Origin: an uncultured Acidobacteriota bacterium
GTDB lineage: Bacteria; Acidobacteriota; Blastocatellia; RBC074
Reading direction: 5' to 3'
Assembly: GCA_963796275.1 (NCBI GenBank)
Contig: CAWCKY010000006.1
Coordinates: 1,184,001 to 1,248,000 of the forward strand
Length of the DNA stretch: 64,000 bases
Below, one piece after another: positions 45,664 through 57,163 of this stretch. Both the position numbers and the translations under genes were made by a program. The first letter of the stretch is position 1. The number at the start of each line of letters is the position of its first letter. The notes under the pieces were generated by a model. It worked only from the letters and a program-made list of their open reading frames with translations, made no database searches and was not told the origin of the DNA.

Positions 45664-46998
45664 ATGAAGCTTAAGCCCGGGATAGCTTTACCGTATTTTT
45701 CCATCACATTACTCGCGATACTGGTAACAATCGCCATTCTCATCGAGCTTCCTTCCACCGTTATATCGGTCGATGCGAGAGGGCGTCGTGAGGATGAAAT
45801 CAACCGTCTCGCCGAAAGTCTGCGTAAGAAACTGATCGATCAGCGGCGCGAGTTTCATATGAATCCGGAACTCTCGAACCGTGAAGAGGGGACTGCGCGC
45901 GTTATAGCGGATAGACTGCGAGCGCTCAACTTCGATGAGATTAAGACGGGAGTCGGCAAGCACGGCGTGGTTGCGCTGCTCAAGGGAAAGCAGGCCGGCC
46001 CGGTCGTCGCTGTGAGGGCCGACATGGACGCGCTGCCGATCGTAGAAACCCTCAATGTTCCGTACAAGTCGCGAAACGAGGGGGTTAAACACGCATGCGG
46101 GCATGACGTTCATATGACTGTCCAGCTCGGCGTTGCAGAGGTATTGGGTAAAATGCGTGATCAGCTGCGTGGAACGGTCAAATTCATATTCCAACCTGCG
46201 GAAGAAGGCCCGCCTGCGGGAGAAGAAGGCGGCGCGGCGTTGATGATAAAGGAGGGCGCCCTCGAGAATCCTCGTCCGTCTGCCATCTTCGGCCTGCACG
46301 TTATGCCGAATATTGAGCTGGGCCAGATCGGATACAATATCGGCCCAGCCATGGCATCCTCAGATCGCTTCTCGATCACAATCCGGGGCAAAAAGGTCCA
46401 CGGGGCATATCCGCATGATGGGATCGATACGATTGTCGTGGCGGCGGAATGCATATCGGCATTGCAGTCCATCCGCAGCCGGCGCATCAACACACAGGAG
46501 CCGCTGGTCATAACCATCGGCAGCATTCACGGCGGCAATCGATTCAACATCGTCACAGATGAGGTCAAACTCGAGGGAACTATGCGGACGCTCAACGAAG
46601 ACGTACGCAAGAACGCGATCGAGATGATGAAGCAGACGCTGCTGGGCGTGACTTCGGCATACGGCGCGAGCTACGAGATGGAATTCGGTTTGAATACTCC
46701 GGTGACGCACAACGATCCGGCTCTGGTCGAGGCGACATTGCCTGTAATGCGTCAGGTATTGGGAGCGCAGAATCTCATCACGCCTCGACCGCAGATGGGA
46801 GCCGAGGATTTTTCGCGTTACCAGCAGGCCGTGCCCGGATTTTTCTATTTCCTCGGCGTCGGCAACAAGGGGAAGGGCATCACCGCCATGATTCATACGC
46901 CGGAATTCGATGTCGATGAAGAGAGCCTGGTCATCGGCGTCAAGGTGATGTCGAATGTGTTGATGGATTATCTCAATCGTGGGGCGGTACGAAACTGA
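45664..46998 (+). CDS. M20D amidohydrolase
   Basis: 'HMNPELS', 'RADMDALP', 'HACGHD', 'FQPAEE', 'AEDF'. Confidence 0.93.
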   Translation: MKLKPGIALPYFSITLLAILVTIAILIELPSTVISVDARGRREDEINRLAESLRKKLIDQRREFHMNPELSNREEGTARVIADRLRALNFDEIKTGVGKHGVVALLKGKQAGPVVAVRADMDALPIVETLNVPYKSRNEGVKHACGHDVHMTVQLGVAEVLGKMRDQLRGTVKFIFQPAEEGPPAGEEGGAALMIKEGALENPRPSAIFGLHVMPNIELGQIGYNIGPAMASSDRFSITIRGKKVHGAYPHDGIDTIVVAAECISALQSIRSRRINTQEPLVITIGSIHGGNRFNIVTDEVKLEGTMRTLNEDVRKNAIEMMKQTLLGVTSAYGASYEMEFGLNTPVTHNDPALVEATLPVMRQVLGAQNLITPRPQMGAEDFSRYQQAVPGFFYFLGVGNKGKGITAMIHTPEFDVDEESLVIGVKVMSNVLMDYLNRGAVRN

Positions 46999-47100
46999 GA
47001 AAAGGTGATTTCCTTCAAAAACAGAATACACCGGAAAATTGTGCGAGCAGTCATCGATGCGCCTTCTGCATCTCCGACAATGGGCTTACCAAATGCGGGC

Positions 47101-47589
47101 TCAGGGTCTTAAGATCGAGACAGCAATGTAAAGCTTCGATTTTTTCTCAATAACTTTGGAGAGGTTGATTATCGTCAGCAGATCCGTTTGCGCCTTGGCC
47201 GCCTGGTCCGTATTGAATACTTTGCTGCTCTGGTGGTGCGGGTTATGAGCGAAGTCAGATATCAACTTTACGAGTTTTTGGATTGCTTCATCAAACTCGA
47301 GTGGCGAATCGATCTCCTCGTTGATCGCGATTTCAGATGCCAGTTTACCGAGCGCGAGTAGTGAACGGAGATTCCTGGCGCACTTGTTGATCGATTTGGT
47401 CGTTTTTGAAAGACGTTTAGAGGTGAGTTTCCCCGACTTATGGTCGCTCAGCAATCCCTGGCCGAGCAACTGGATATCACGGAAATTTTCGTTGAACTGC
47501 TGGCGTGCCGCCGCTTTCTCCCTCTCACCGGATGATGATTGGGCGCCCGGCATCCAAATGACCAGCAAAAGAGTAAGATAAACCAACAT
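47101..47589 (-). CDS. Hypothetical exported helical protein
   Basis: Signal peptide; GGGG RBS; downstream of hemL. Confidence 0.65.
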   Translation of the reverse strand: MLVYLTLLLVIWMPGAQSSSGEREKAAARQQFNENFRDIQLLGQGLLSDHKSGKLTSKRLSKTTKSINKCARNLRSLLALGKLASEIAINEEIDSPLEFDEAIQKLVKLISDFAHNPHHQSSKVFNTDQAAKAQTDLLTIINLSKVIEKKSKLYIAVSILRP

Positions 47590-47602
47590 AACGATTCCCC
47601 CG

Positions 47603-48895
47603 TCAGCTCAAAGCGGCCGCGAATGCCCTGCGCGCTGCCGCAATTGTGCGTTCGATGATCTCGTCGCTGTGGGCTGTTGAGACAAACCCGGCTTCGAACT
47701 GCGAAGGGGCAAGATAAACGCCTGCATCGAGCATAGCATGGAAAAATCTGGCGAACGCTTCTCGATCGCTCCTGGCGGCTGACGTCCAATCGGTCACGGG
47801 TTCAGCTGAAAAGAATGTCGTGAACATCGAACTGACGCGATTGCTCACGGCGACTATCCCCGCTTCTCTGGCGGCTTCATTCATTCCTTCGACCAGCCGG
47901 GAAGTCGCGCGTTCGAGCTGCGGATAGGGATCGAGCGATTTGAGTAATCGCAACGTCGTCAGACCTGCCGTCACCGCCAAAGGATTACCCGAGAGAGTCC
48001 CGGCTTGATAGACCGGGCCGACCGGCGCCACTTGATCCATGATCTCCCGCCGCCCACCGAATGCCCCGACCGGTAGCCCTCCGCCGATGATCTTGCCCAG
48101 GCACGTCAGATCGGGTTTTATGCCATAGAGCTCCTGCGCCCCGCCGCGCGCCACCCGAAAACCGGTCATCACTTCATCGAAGATCAATACGGCACCGTGT
48201 TGCGCGGTAATCCGGCGGACATCTGCAAGATAGTCGGCGTGCGGGGGCACGCAGCCCATATTGCCGGCGACCGGCTCGATGATCACGGCCGCGATCTGAT
48301 CGCCGGCTTTCTCGAAGACCAGCTCGAGCGCGTGTGCATCATTGAATGGAACAGTGATGGTATTCTGCGCGACTTCGGGGAGGACGCCCGGCGAGTCGGG
48401 GAGGCCGAGAGTGGCGACCCCCGAGCCGGCGCGCACCAGCAGGCTGTCTCCGTGGCCGTGATAACAGCCCTCGAATTTGACGATCTTCGCTCGGCTCGTG
48501 AAACCGCGCGCGACACGCAATGCCGACATGGTGGCCTCCGTGCCGCTCGATGTCAGGCGCAATTTTTCGATCGACGGGAAAGCATCGATGACTTCCTGCG
48601 CCAGCAGAACCTCGAGTTCCGTCGGCGCGCCGTAGCTAGTGCCGCGAGTCGCCGCCTCCTGAATGGCCGCGATCACTTCGGGATGCGCGTGGCCGAGGAT
48701 CATCGGTCCCCAGGACCCGACATAATCGATATAAGTATTGCCGTCGGCATCGGTGATCGTCGCTCCCTTTGCCGTTTGAATGAAGCGCGGTGAGCCGCCG
48801 ACGCCGCGGAATGCGCGCACCGGGCTGTTTACGCCACCTGGGATGATCTCTTTTGCGCGTTCGAACAGCGCGGATGATTTAGCGTTATTATTCAT
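47603..48895 (-). CDS. hemL: Glutamate-1-semialdehyde 2,1-aminomutase
   Basis: '[12 protein letters not shown]', 'SGTEATM', 'FDEVMTGFR', 'GKIIGGGLP'. Confidence 0.97.
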   Translation of the reverse strand: MNNNAKSSALFERAKEIIPGGVNSPVRAFRGVGGSPRFIQTAKGATITDADGNTYIDYVGSWGPMILGHAHPEVIAAIQEAATRGTSYGAPTELEVLLAQEVIDAFPSIEKLRLTSSGTEATMSALRVARGFTSRAKIVKFEGCYHGHGDSLLVRAGSGVATLGLPDSPGVLPEVAQNTITVPFNDAHALELVFEKAGDQIAAVIIEPVAGNMGCVPPHADYLADVRRITAQHGAVLIFDEVMTGFRVARGGAQELYGIKPDLTCLGKIIGGGLPVGAFGGRREIMDQVAPVGPVYQAGTLSGNPLAVTAGLTTLRLLKSLDPYPQLERATSRLVEGMNEAAREAGIVAVSNRVSSMFTTFFSAEPVTDWTSAARSDREAFARFFHAMLDAGVYLAPSQFEAGFVSTAHSDEIIERTIAAARRAFAAALS

Positions 48896-48980
48896 ATCAA
48901 TAAAAATCTTGCGTTCGGGCGAGTTGCTATGTGATTATTGTCTGCTCCAAACAATTTTCATAACCAAATTGGAGGTTACA

Positions 48981-49700
48981 TTGAATGAGGAATTGAGCCG
49001 GCTCATCTCACTTCAGGAGATTGATGTCGAAATCAAACGACTGAATGATGAGATTGCCATGCTTCCCGTACGGCGACAAGAACTGGAGCGGGACTTCTCC
49101 GGATCTGTAAAAGAATATTTCGATCTCAAAGAACAACTCGAGACAGCGACCAATGAGAGAAGCCGTTTTGAGTCCGAACTTGAAATAGAACAGGAAAAAC
49201 ACCAGAAGTTCAAGAACGACTTGATGAAAGCGACCAACGAACGAGAATACACGACAGCGGTGCGCGAGATCGATGTTGCGCGCAAGGCCATCAGTTCGTT
49301 CGAGACTGAAATTATCAAGTTGTTGGAAAAGACCGAAAAACTCGAAACCCAAATCAAAGAGCGCTCACCGGAGATCGAATCGCGCCGCGTCGAAGTCGAT
49401 CGTCAGGTGTCGGAGTGGGCGGCGGCGGCGGCGGTCAAACAACAACGCCTCGACGATCTCCTTATCCGGCGAGGCCCCGCGCTCGAAGCTCTCTCCGCGA
49501 GCGCTCGCGCGACCTATGCAAGACTGTCAAGGATGCGTTCGGGGTTTGCGCTGGCCGAGGCTCGCAATTATTCATGCCTCGCCTGCCGGATGAAAATTCG
49601 CCCCCAGGTTTTCAACGACATCCGCCGCGGCGAGAAGATAATCACCTGTGAGAGCTGCGGGCGGATTCTCTATTTCAAGGTCGAAAGCGTCACCACTTAA
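48981..49700 (+). CDS. Coiled-coil protein with C4-type zinc ribbon (DUF164 / CT398-like)
   Basis: 'LQEID', long coiled coil, 'CLAC..CESCGRIL'; TTG start after GGAGG. Confidence 0.9.
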   Translation: MNEELSRLISLQEIDVEIKRLNDEIAMLPVRRQELERDFSGSVKEYFDLKEQLETATNERSRFESELEIEQEKHQKFKNDLMKATNEREYTTAVREIDVARKAISSFETEIIKLLEKTEKLETQIKERSPEIESRRVEVDRQVSEWAAAAAVKQQRLDDLLIRRGPALEALSASARATYARLSRMRSGFALAEARNYSCLACRMKIRPQVFNDIRRGEKIITCESCGRILYFKVESVTT

Positions 49701-49715
49701 GCCCGGAGTTGCCAG

Positions 49716-50540
49716 CTAGTCGGTCTGCCTCGTCTTAGCCTTCCTCTGCCTCAATACTTCGAACAAAATCACGCCCGCTGCCACACTGACATTGAGCGAT
49801 GTGAGACGTCCGTGCAGCGGGATCGATATAATACTATCGCACCTTTCACGTACCAATCTGCGAATGCCTCTGCCTTCACTTCCGAAAACGAGTGCGAGCG
49901 GAACATTCATATCGAAATCCGAATAGACCGACTCTGCGCCGCCCTCGACGCCAATTACCCAGACCCCTAGTTCCTTCAATTTATCGATGAGAGGCACGAG
50001 ATTTGTTACTCGTGAGACGCGCACATATTCAACGGCGCCGGCCGACGTCTTCGCCACGGTTTCGTTCAATCCGGCCGCGCGATGTTCCGGAATGAACACT
50101 CCGTCGACGCTTGCGCCTTCACATGTGCGCAAGATCGCTCCCAGGTTGTGCGGGTCTTCGATGCCATCGAGTAACACCACCAGCGGCAAACGGGGCAAAC
50201 GGGGCAAACGGGGCAAACTGGGCAATCGGGGCAAACTGGACTGGGACAGAGTGACCGGCTCACCGATCGAATCCAGGATCGTCTCCGCTTCGACGTATGG
50301 ATTCGCACGGTTCACCGGTGCGAGCAGAGCGACAACCCCTTGATGGTTGGCATTGCCGGTAAGTTCATCGAGGGCGCGTCGATGGCGTTTTTCGATGCGA
50401 ATGCCAGCGCGTTGCGCCGCCTCGGTCAATTCCTGAAGGCGCGACTGGTTGGGCGCTGCTGCGATAAGGATTTTGTTAATTGGCCTTTTACCGGCGCGCA
50501 GTGCCTCGAGCACGGGCGAAAGACCGTATATCTGATTCAT
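49716..50540 (-). CDS. rlmB: 23S rRNA Gm2251 methyltransferase (SpoU family)
   Basis: 'HQGVVA', 'DPHNLGAILR', 'GSEGRG', 'SLNVSVA'. Confidence 0.92.
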   Translation of the reverse strand: MNQIYGLSPVLEALRAGKRPINKILIAAAPNQSRLQELTEAAQRAGIRIEKRHRRALDELTGNANHQGVVALLAPVNRANPYVEAETILDSIGEPVTLSQSSLPRLPSLPRLPRLPRLPLVVLLDGIEDPHNLGAILRTCEGASVDGVFIPEHRAAGLNETVAKTSAGAVEYVRVSRVTNLVPLIDKLKELGVWVIGVEGGAESVYSDFDMNVPLALVFGSEGRGIRRLVRERCDSIISIPLHGRLTSLNVSVAAGVILFEVLRQRKAKTRQTD

Positions 50541-50607
50541 CTCGTATCCCGATTATAGCTTATCCGACAACTTGATTTTGCATATCTCGCGTGAAATTAT
50601 CGAGGGT

Positions 50608-51438
50608 ATGCAGAGGTTTGTCGCGATCGCTATTTGCCTTCTGTTGATGTGTAGTTGTGCTGCACCCGCACGAGTTACGGTAGATGCGCCGCAGGGGAAA
50701 GAGGCGGTCTATCCGCCAACGTTTGTGGCACCGCCCGATCGCGGGCAGCATGTTCAAGATGCCTGGAAAGATTTACTCGCCGAAGCGAAACTGCCGTTCT
50801 CGCAACTCGAACTCGACCCGGTCCTCAACACGCCTCGATCGCTCCCGGCGGGATTGGCCGGTCGCATCAACCTCACAAAGGCAGATGGCGCAATCGGGGA
50901 ACTGGAGGTGAAAGAATCTCTGCGGAGCTTTATTGAACACGCTCGGGGCATACTCGTCGGCGATCCGAAGGACAGTACACAAGGAGTCAAAGACCTCTCG
51001 TTGGTCTCTTTCTCAAACAACGGCAATTCTTACAAGGTCGTGTATCAGCAGGCGAATTATTCATTCCCGATCACGAATGGCTACGGCGAGTTGACGCTGA
51101 CCGTTGACAAGATGGCGAGACTTCTCGCGTGGGGCAGCCGTCTCATTCCCAAACTCGATCTCCCCAACCCCTCGATCGATCCCGAAATGTCGGTCGAGAA
51201 GCTCATGAACAGGGAATTCACCTACACGACATTAGCCGGGAAGCAACAAATATATAAAGCGGAGAAGCGCAATGAGATTGTTATCAGAGATCCGGTTGTT
51301 TTTCCGAAACAGGAAGGGAATAAGCTCAAGATTTACCTGGCCTATCCGATCGATGTGGGAAACGGGATGACCTGGACCGTTTATATCGATGCGATCGAGG
51401 GTGTGGAGCTGGGAGTGAAACAGAATTTTCAGACCTGA
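50608..51438 (+). CDS. Lipoprotein with FTP/PepSY-like propeptide features, no protease domain
   Basis: Lipobox LLMCSC; 'YQQ..FPI..ELTLTV'; C-terminal 'LAY....WTVYIDAIEG'. Confidence 0.6.
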   Translation: MQRFVAIAICLLLMCSCAAPARVTVDAPQGKEAVYPPTFVAPPDRGQHVQDAWKDLLAEAKLPFSQLELDPVLNTPRSLPAGLAGRINLTKADGAIGELEVKESLRSFIEHARGILVGDPKDSTQGVKDLSLVSFSNNGNSYKVVYQQANYSFPITNGYGELTLTVDKMARLLAWGSRLIPKLDLPNPSIDPEMSVEKLMNREFTYTTLAGKQQIYKAEKRNEIVIRDPVVFPKQEGNKLKIYLAYPIDVGNGMTWTVYIDAIEGVELGVKQNFQT

Positions 51439-51848
51439 TTCCGCTTCACCGCAAAATGCACATAGATTAAGCAGGAAAACAGGAGAGACAGGTCTGGAGA
51501 TTCATAAAACGTTACGAGATCATCTGACTTCTGGTTCGCGGCTAAGATTTCCTCTTCATTTGGTTATATGAACGAATCTTCTTCTCCTCATAAAAAAATC
51601 TTGAAAAATCTTGAAAAATCCTGAAGAATCCTCTCGAAAAGCAGATTTGTCCAGCTCTTGAGGTGAGCCGAATCGGTAAGGCGGTCGGTTAACCTGGGAG
51701 GACTCAATAGAAACAATTCAATCTGACGTAAATCGAACTAAATTTTCTCGCCGAATATGAGTGGAAGTGAGGTAAATGCCGGAATCAGGCAAGCCTCAAT
51801 CGAACAGCAACAGCAAAAAACGGAACGCCGGTGGACCGGAAGGAAAAG

Positions 51849-52763
51849 ATGCGGCTATTGCTTTCCATCGTACTCCTGATATCTGGAGGCCTTTTCCCGA
51901 AAGACCTCGATCTCTCCAACAATACGCTCGCCGATGCAAAATCGCCGATCGAGGAATTGATTTCGGCCAGTGGGGCGGAGGTGGTCGGCGTCGCCGTTTA
52001 CGATGTGCAGACGAAAGATACGTTATTGATCAATGAACGAATCAATATGCATGCGGCGAGCACGATGAAGCTGCCTGTGATGATGGAAATCTTTCGTCTG
52101 GTAGAAGCAAAAAAGCTCGGACTCCGCGAATCGATCGAAATAAAAAATAAGTTCTATAGTATTGTCGATGGCAGCGTGTTCCGTCTAAACAAGATGGACG
52201 ATAGCGATGAAGAGGTATATAACCGCATCGGTCAGACAATGACGGTACTGGAACTGGTCGAACACATGATTACCTGGAGCAGTAATCTGGCGACCAATCT
52301 GCTGATAGAGCGGGTCAAGGCTGAGAAAGTCAACAAGCTGATGCGCGATCTGGGCGCGCATGATATCGAGGTTAGACGTGGCGTCGAAGACATCAAGGCA
52401 TTTCAGGCCCGAATCAATAATACAACGACTGCTTACGATTTGATGCTGTTGTTGAAGCTGATCGCTGAGCAACAGTTTCTCAGTAAACGCGCCTCGGAGC
52501 AGATCGTCGATATTCTCTCCTCCCAGCACTTCAATGATGGAATCCCGGCGGGATTGCCGCAGACTGCACGAGTAGCCCACAAGACCGGGGATATCACGAA
52601 ACATAAGCACGATGCCGGAATTATCTACTTGCCGAATCGTAAACCATACGTGGTTGTAGTGCTGACGAAAGGCATAGCTGAGCATGATCGCAGCAGTAAA
52701 TTGATCGCCGACATTTCACGCACGGTTTATCAGACACTCGCCGGCTCTTCAGCTGACAAATGA
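51849..52763 (+). CDS. Class A beta-lactamase-like serine hydrolase
   Basis: SxxK (STMK), SxN (SSN), KTG motifs; signal peptide. Confidence 0.9.
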   Translation: MRLLLSIVLLISGGLFPKDLDLSNNTLADAKSPIEELISASGAEVVGVAVYDVQTKDTLLINERINMHAASTMKLPVMMEIFRLVEAKKLGLRESIEIKNKFYSIVDGSVFRLNKMDDSDEEVYNRIGQTMTVLELVEHMITWSSNLATNLLIERVKAEKVNKLMRDLGAHDIEVRRGVEDIKAFQARINNTTTAYDLMLLLKLIAEQQFLSKRASEQIVDILSSQHFNDGIPAGLPQTARVAHKTGDITKHKHDAGIIYLPNRKPYVVVVLTKGIAEHDRSSKLIADISRTVYQTLAGSSADK

Positions 52764-53109
52764 AAGGGTCATGTGAAGTATGGAGAACAAGAAACCAGGT
52801 CAAACCCAGACATCGAAACACATCCCGGTGCATTACTGGTCGCTTACGCTCACCGTAATGTACCAATGAATCGTTGTTTCGAATTAGCTAAATTAACGAT
52901 GCGCAAATAATAGTCGGCTGTTATCAATCAGCCTCTGGCGGCTTCTGGATGTTGAGGGTAGAAAACGTTGATTCATAGGCTTTTAATTTGCTCATTCATC
53001 AACTAAATTATCGGAGATGTAACCGTATTTGCCCCCTATCCGGTAGCAGGTGGTGTCCGAGAATCCAATCGCTAACACCTGAGTAACTCAACTAGAACGA
53101 TTTAATGAA

Positions 53110-54756
53110 ATGATAGGGAAAATTATAGGTAACTACAGACTCATTGATGAATTAGGATACGGCAACATGGGTGTGGTCTATCGAGGCCAACATATCCATG
53201 AGGGTCGAGACGTGGTAGTCAAAGAAATATCGATGACCCATTTTCCTACCTCAACCCGTGTACAGCTCAAGGCACACTTGCGGCGCGAGACATTTATTTT
53301 GTCGCAGCTCGACCACCCGGGCATCGCCAATATCTATGAATCTTTCTCGAGAGGCGATAATACCTATCTGGTATTGGAGTATATCGAGGCAACCAGTCTT
53401 CGCGACTTGCTCGAGCATGAGGGGGTTCCGAGCCCCTCCCAGGCGGTCTATCTGTGCAAACAGGCGCTGGCGGCGCTGGATTACGCGCACAATTTTAGAT
53501 ATTTGACCGAATCGGATTTACGGCTCATAGGTATCATTCATCGCGATATCAAGCCATCAAACTTACTCGTCGATGCGAATGGAAATTTGAAGATCACTGA
53601 TTTCGGAATAGTGAAAATGCCGGACCGGCAGAGTATGGCTCCTCCAAGCTTCCGGCCCGGCACTACGGAATACCTTCCTCCCGAGCATCTACGCGGCATC
53701 GATCTTGACGCGCGCTCCGACATATATAGCCTGGGAGTCACGTTTTATGAAGTTTTAACGGGAAAATTGCCGGTCAAGCGGCCCAGAAAAGAGCCCGTAG
53801 ACGATAAAGATGCGGAATATTCGGAGACCGGGCCGCTTCCGATCATCGATCTGCGACCCGAAGTAGACCCATTTCTCGCATCGATTTTTATGCGAGCGAT
53901 ACAAAAAGCTCCCGGTGACCGTTTCCAGTCGGCCGCTGAATTTTTGAAGGCGATAGAAGAATTTGAAAGGAACGATGGCATAGCAGAAGGAGTGGCATCG
54001 GTCGAGGAGTCGATCGAAGAAGGACCAGGCGTTTCAATCATCGATATCTCCGAGACATCGGAAATAGCGTACTCGAACCGATCGCCGATAAAATCGCCCT
54101 TATCGACGGCTCCCGTCGGTGAAATGGATGCTCCCGATTTTCGGGGGACGCCTGTCATACGGAATGCTCGGAAGGTAATGTCGCGGACTTCGCGTAAGAC
54201 ACTGTGGGTGGCGGCGATAGTATTTATAATTTTTGGTGTCCCGATCTTCGCATATTTTTTGACTCAACAGCCGGGCGCGGCGGAGCAAGGTGTGGTGGAA
54301 CAGGCCGAGGCGGAGGGAAGTCCCGCCGTGCCGTCCGAATCTCCTTCTGGCGTTACGACGGAACCGACTCCCGGTTCAGTAGTGCCCGCAGCGAGCGCGG
54401 CGGCGCCCGAACCTACACCATACTTGACTACCGTCAGTTCAGGAGACGCCGACAAACTTAGCCGCGCGCGTGAGGCTGAAAGTAGAGGATTTTTCAAACA
54501 GTCAGTGAGAAGATACGAGGAATATCTTCGTAGTAATCCAAACCAGGTCGATGCCGCACTGGCTTCCGGAGAGCTCGAAAACCTGAAAAAATTTGTGACA
54601 TTTCTGAGAGACGCCAGGACCGCATCCAAGCGACAGAATTTTGAAAAAGCGCGACTCAACTACACCGAGGCACTGAAACTCCGCCCATACTCGAGAGTAG
54701 TGCGGAGTGAATTGGAGCTGGCAGAGAAAAAGTTGCCCGGAGCCTCGCGTAATTAA
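53110..54756 (+). CDS. Hanks-type Ser/Thr protein kinase with TM and C-terminal TPR-like region
   Basis: GxGxxG, VVVK, HRDIKPSN, DFG intact. Confidence 0.93.
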   Translation: MIGKIIGNYRLIDELGYGNMGVVYRGQHIHEGRDVVVKEISMTHFPTSTRVQLKAHLRRETFILSQLDHPGIANIYESFSRGDNTYLVLEYIEATSLRDLLEHEGVPSPSQAVYLCKQALAALDYAHNFRYLTESDLRLIGIIHRDIKPSNLLVDANGNLKITDFGIVKMPDRQSMAPPSFRPGTTEYLPPEHLRGIDLDARSDIYSLGVTFYEVLTGKLPVKRPRKEPVDDKDAEYSETGPLPIIDLRPEVDPFLASIFMRAIQKAPGDRFQSAAEFLKAIEEFERNDGIAEGVASVEESIEEGPGVSIIDISETSEIAYSNRSPIKSPLSTAPVGEMDAPDFRGTPVIRNARKVMSRTSRKTLWVAAIVFIIFGVPIFAYFLTQQPGAAEQGVVEQAEAEGSPAVPSESPSGVTTEPTPGSVVPAASAAAPEPTPYLTTVSSGDADKLSRAREAESRGFFKQSVRRYEEYLRSNPNQVDAALASGELENLKKFVTFLRDARTASKRQNFEKARLNYTEALKLRPYSRVVRSELELAEKKLPGASRN

Positions 54757-55019
54757 ATGCTGGCAAGGCCATCCCGGCACGTTCAATCGGGCTTATTCAG
54801 TAAGTTTCCGCCATCTCTCGATCACCGGCGGCTGAAGCCAGGGCGCTAACGCTGCTCCGCTCGATCAATCAATTCAATCCGAGTGACATCAAACATATTC
54901 ATTCGCAGATGCCTCATTAAAACTGAAGATTATGCAAATTAAAGACGAGTGTAATCAGTCGTTAAGAAACTCAGTGCCGCAGGCGAAATGTTGGTAGCAT
55001 TCGATCGGAGTAGATTCAC

Positions 55020-56450
55020 GTGGAAGTGAAAGAAAAAACACAATCCGCTTCTCACCTCGTTCGCACGCTAAAATTGCGCGACCTGGTTCTGTTCAATCTC
55101 GTTGCCATCCTGGGCCTTCGGCATCTCGCTACATCTGCGAAGTTCGGTCCGGGATCGCTGATCATCTGGATCATTGCCGCATTGTTCTTCTTCGTGCCGC
55201 AAGGGCTTGCCGTTATTGAGCTGTCATCGCGCTTCCCGAAAGAGGGAGGCATTTATCTCTGGACGAAGAGCGCGCTCGGAGAAGGGCACGGGTTTCTCTG
55301 CGGATGGTGTTATTGGATCAATAATGTCCTGTACTACCCGAACCTGCTCATTACCGCGGCGGTGATCTCAACATATGTCATAGGACAGGGTGAAACCGGG
55401 TTGAGCGATAGATGGAGCTTTATCCTGCCGGTAACTTTGATTGCTCTGTGGCTTGCAGCCGCGATCAACATAGTCGGGCTGGGTACGGGAAAATGGTTGC
55501 AGAACGCCGGGGGGATTGGGACGTATATTCCCGGCCTCATCATTATTTTTTTGGGTCTCTATGGTGTAATGACGGGTGAGCCATCCAACCCGATCAACAG
55601 CGACACGCTTAAGCCCGATTTTACTAACCTCCCATCGTTAAACCTGCTGGCCTCGGTTGCATTTGCATTTGCGGGATTGGAGCTGGCATCGACTATGGGA
55701 GATGAATGTGAAGATCCGCGGCGCAGCCTTCCCCGTTCGATCTTCATTTCGGCGCCGCTCATCGCGGTCGCTTATATTCTCGGTACCGGCGCAGTGCTGT
55801 GGCTGGTACCAAATCAGGATATCAATCTCGTATCCGGGTTTCTGCAAGCTATCACCAACGGCGCGCGCGGAGTGTCTGAAAGTCTCTGGTGGATCGCCCC
55901 GCTGTGCGCTGCGCTTTACACCGTGGGGAACCTCGGTGGGGTCGGCGCTTGGTTGAATGGCCCCGCGCGCGTAGCATTTGTTATCGGTTTGGACCGTTAT
56001 TTCCCGAAGGGATTCGGGCGAGTACATCCGAAATGGCGTACGCCCTATGTCGCCATTCTTGTTCAGGCCTCGCTCGCCACGATCTTCCTTCTCGTCTCGG
56101 TGCTCGGGAAGGGAACGAATGTTGAAGAGGTCTATTTGATATTGCTCGATACTCAACTCCTGATCTACTTCATCCCATATCTATATCTCTTCACTGTATT
56201 TCTGATACACCGGCGCCGAGGGAAAGCAGACAATGAAGCGATTCTCGCGCCTGGTGGAACAGTGGGCGCATGGGTGATAGGTTTGAGCGGTGCGGCTCTA
56301 ACTCTATTTGCTATGGTTGTTGCCACTATACCGCCCGAAGCCAGCACCGAACCATGGCTTTTCAGATTGAAGGTTATCGGTGGCGCGGCTGGATTTATTA
56401 TTGTCGGTGGATTGATTTACCTTCGCGCGAAGTTGAAGAAGTCGGTTTAA
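55020..56450 (+). CDS. APC-family amino acid permease
   Basis: 12 TM, 'ELSSRFPKEGGIYLW', 'FAFAGLE'. Confidence 0.92.
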   Translation: MEVKEKTQSASHLVRTLKLRDLVLFNLVAILGLRHLATSAKFGPGSLIIWIIAALFFFVPQGLAVIELSSRFPKEGGIYLWTKSALGEGHGFLCGWCYWINNVLYYPNLLITAAVISTYVIGQGETGLSDRWSFILPVTLIALWLAAAINIVGLGTGKWLQNAGGIGTYIPGLIIIFLGLYGVMTGEPSNPINSDTLKPDFTNLPSLNLLASVAFAFAGLELASTMGDECEDPRRSLPRSIFISAPLIAVAYILGTGAVLWLVPNQDINLVSGFLQAITNGARGVSESLWWIAPLCAALYTVGNLGGVGAWLNGPARVAFVIGLDRYFPKGFGRVHPKWRTPYVAILVQASLATIFLLVSVLGKGTNVEEVYLILLDTQLLIYFIPYLYLFTVFLIHRRRGKADNEAILAPGGTVGAWVIGLSGAALTLFAMVVATIPPEASTEPWLFRLKVIGGAAGFIIVGGLIYLRAKLKKSV

Positions 56451-56707
56451 GCGAATTACATGACGAAAAGTTATCGCCGACGCGATGGGAGACGATCCGG
56501 CACCGCCTGCCTTGGGATAAGACCTTCTTGTTTCCCAAACTTTTGCGGGTGTTCATATAAGCCCAACTGGTGCAACAGAATAGATAGTGGCTTAGCGAGG
56601 CCCCACGGAACCCAACGCAAATGATCGTCAGGGCCCCCACTCAAGCTTCAACCCCCACAACAAGATATCTGCAAAGGCGTAATATTTCCCAACAGTACAA
56701 CCATCGC

Positions 56708-56737
56708 TTGACAGGTTCGCAAATCGTTTGTTAATTT
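56708..56737 (+). promoter_or_regulatory. Sigma70-like promoter of tRNA-Val
   Basis: TTGACA at 56708 with AT-rich -10 (TTAATT) 17 nt downstream. Confidence 0.55.
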
Positions 56738-56755
56738 CATCTGTGAGTTTCTTGC

Positions 56756-56829
<74 letters not shown>

Positions 56830-57163
56830 TACTAGCCGGGCTGAAATTATTATCGATGCCCGTAAGTTCAACGTCAGCTCCAGAAGAGTTGTCAATACTT
56901 ATGCAGATAAGATTTAGATTTAATCGAACTAAGTAGCTGCGATGATCGATGCGTCGACTGACGCGCGCATCGCAGCGAATCTGCTTGACGACCGCTGGCG
57001 TAGGACCTTACCTGAAGCGATTATCCATTAATCGGGGCTTTTGGGACTGTCCACACGGCAAAATTTGTGATTTGAAATTTGAGTTTCGCAAATTGCCATT
57101 TACGAACCTCAAATTTCGACCTGCAGCCGCCATGGCCGCGGGCAATGGAATTGTGAGACAGCA

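Noticed and set aside
51849-52763. Bona fide antibiotic-resistance beta-lactamase
   Set aside because: Motifs only show a class A-like serine hydrolase; activity cannot be inferred
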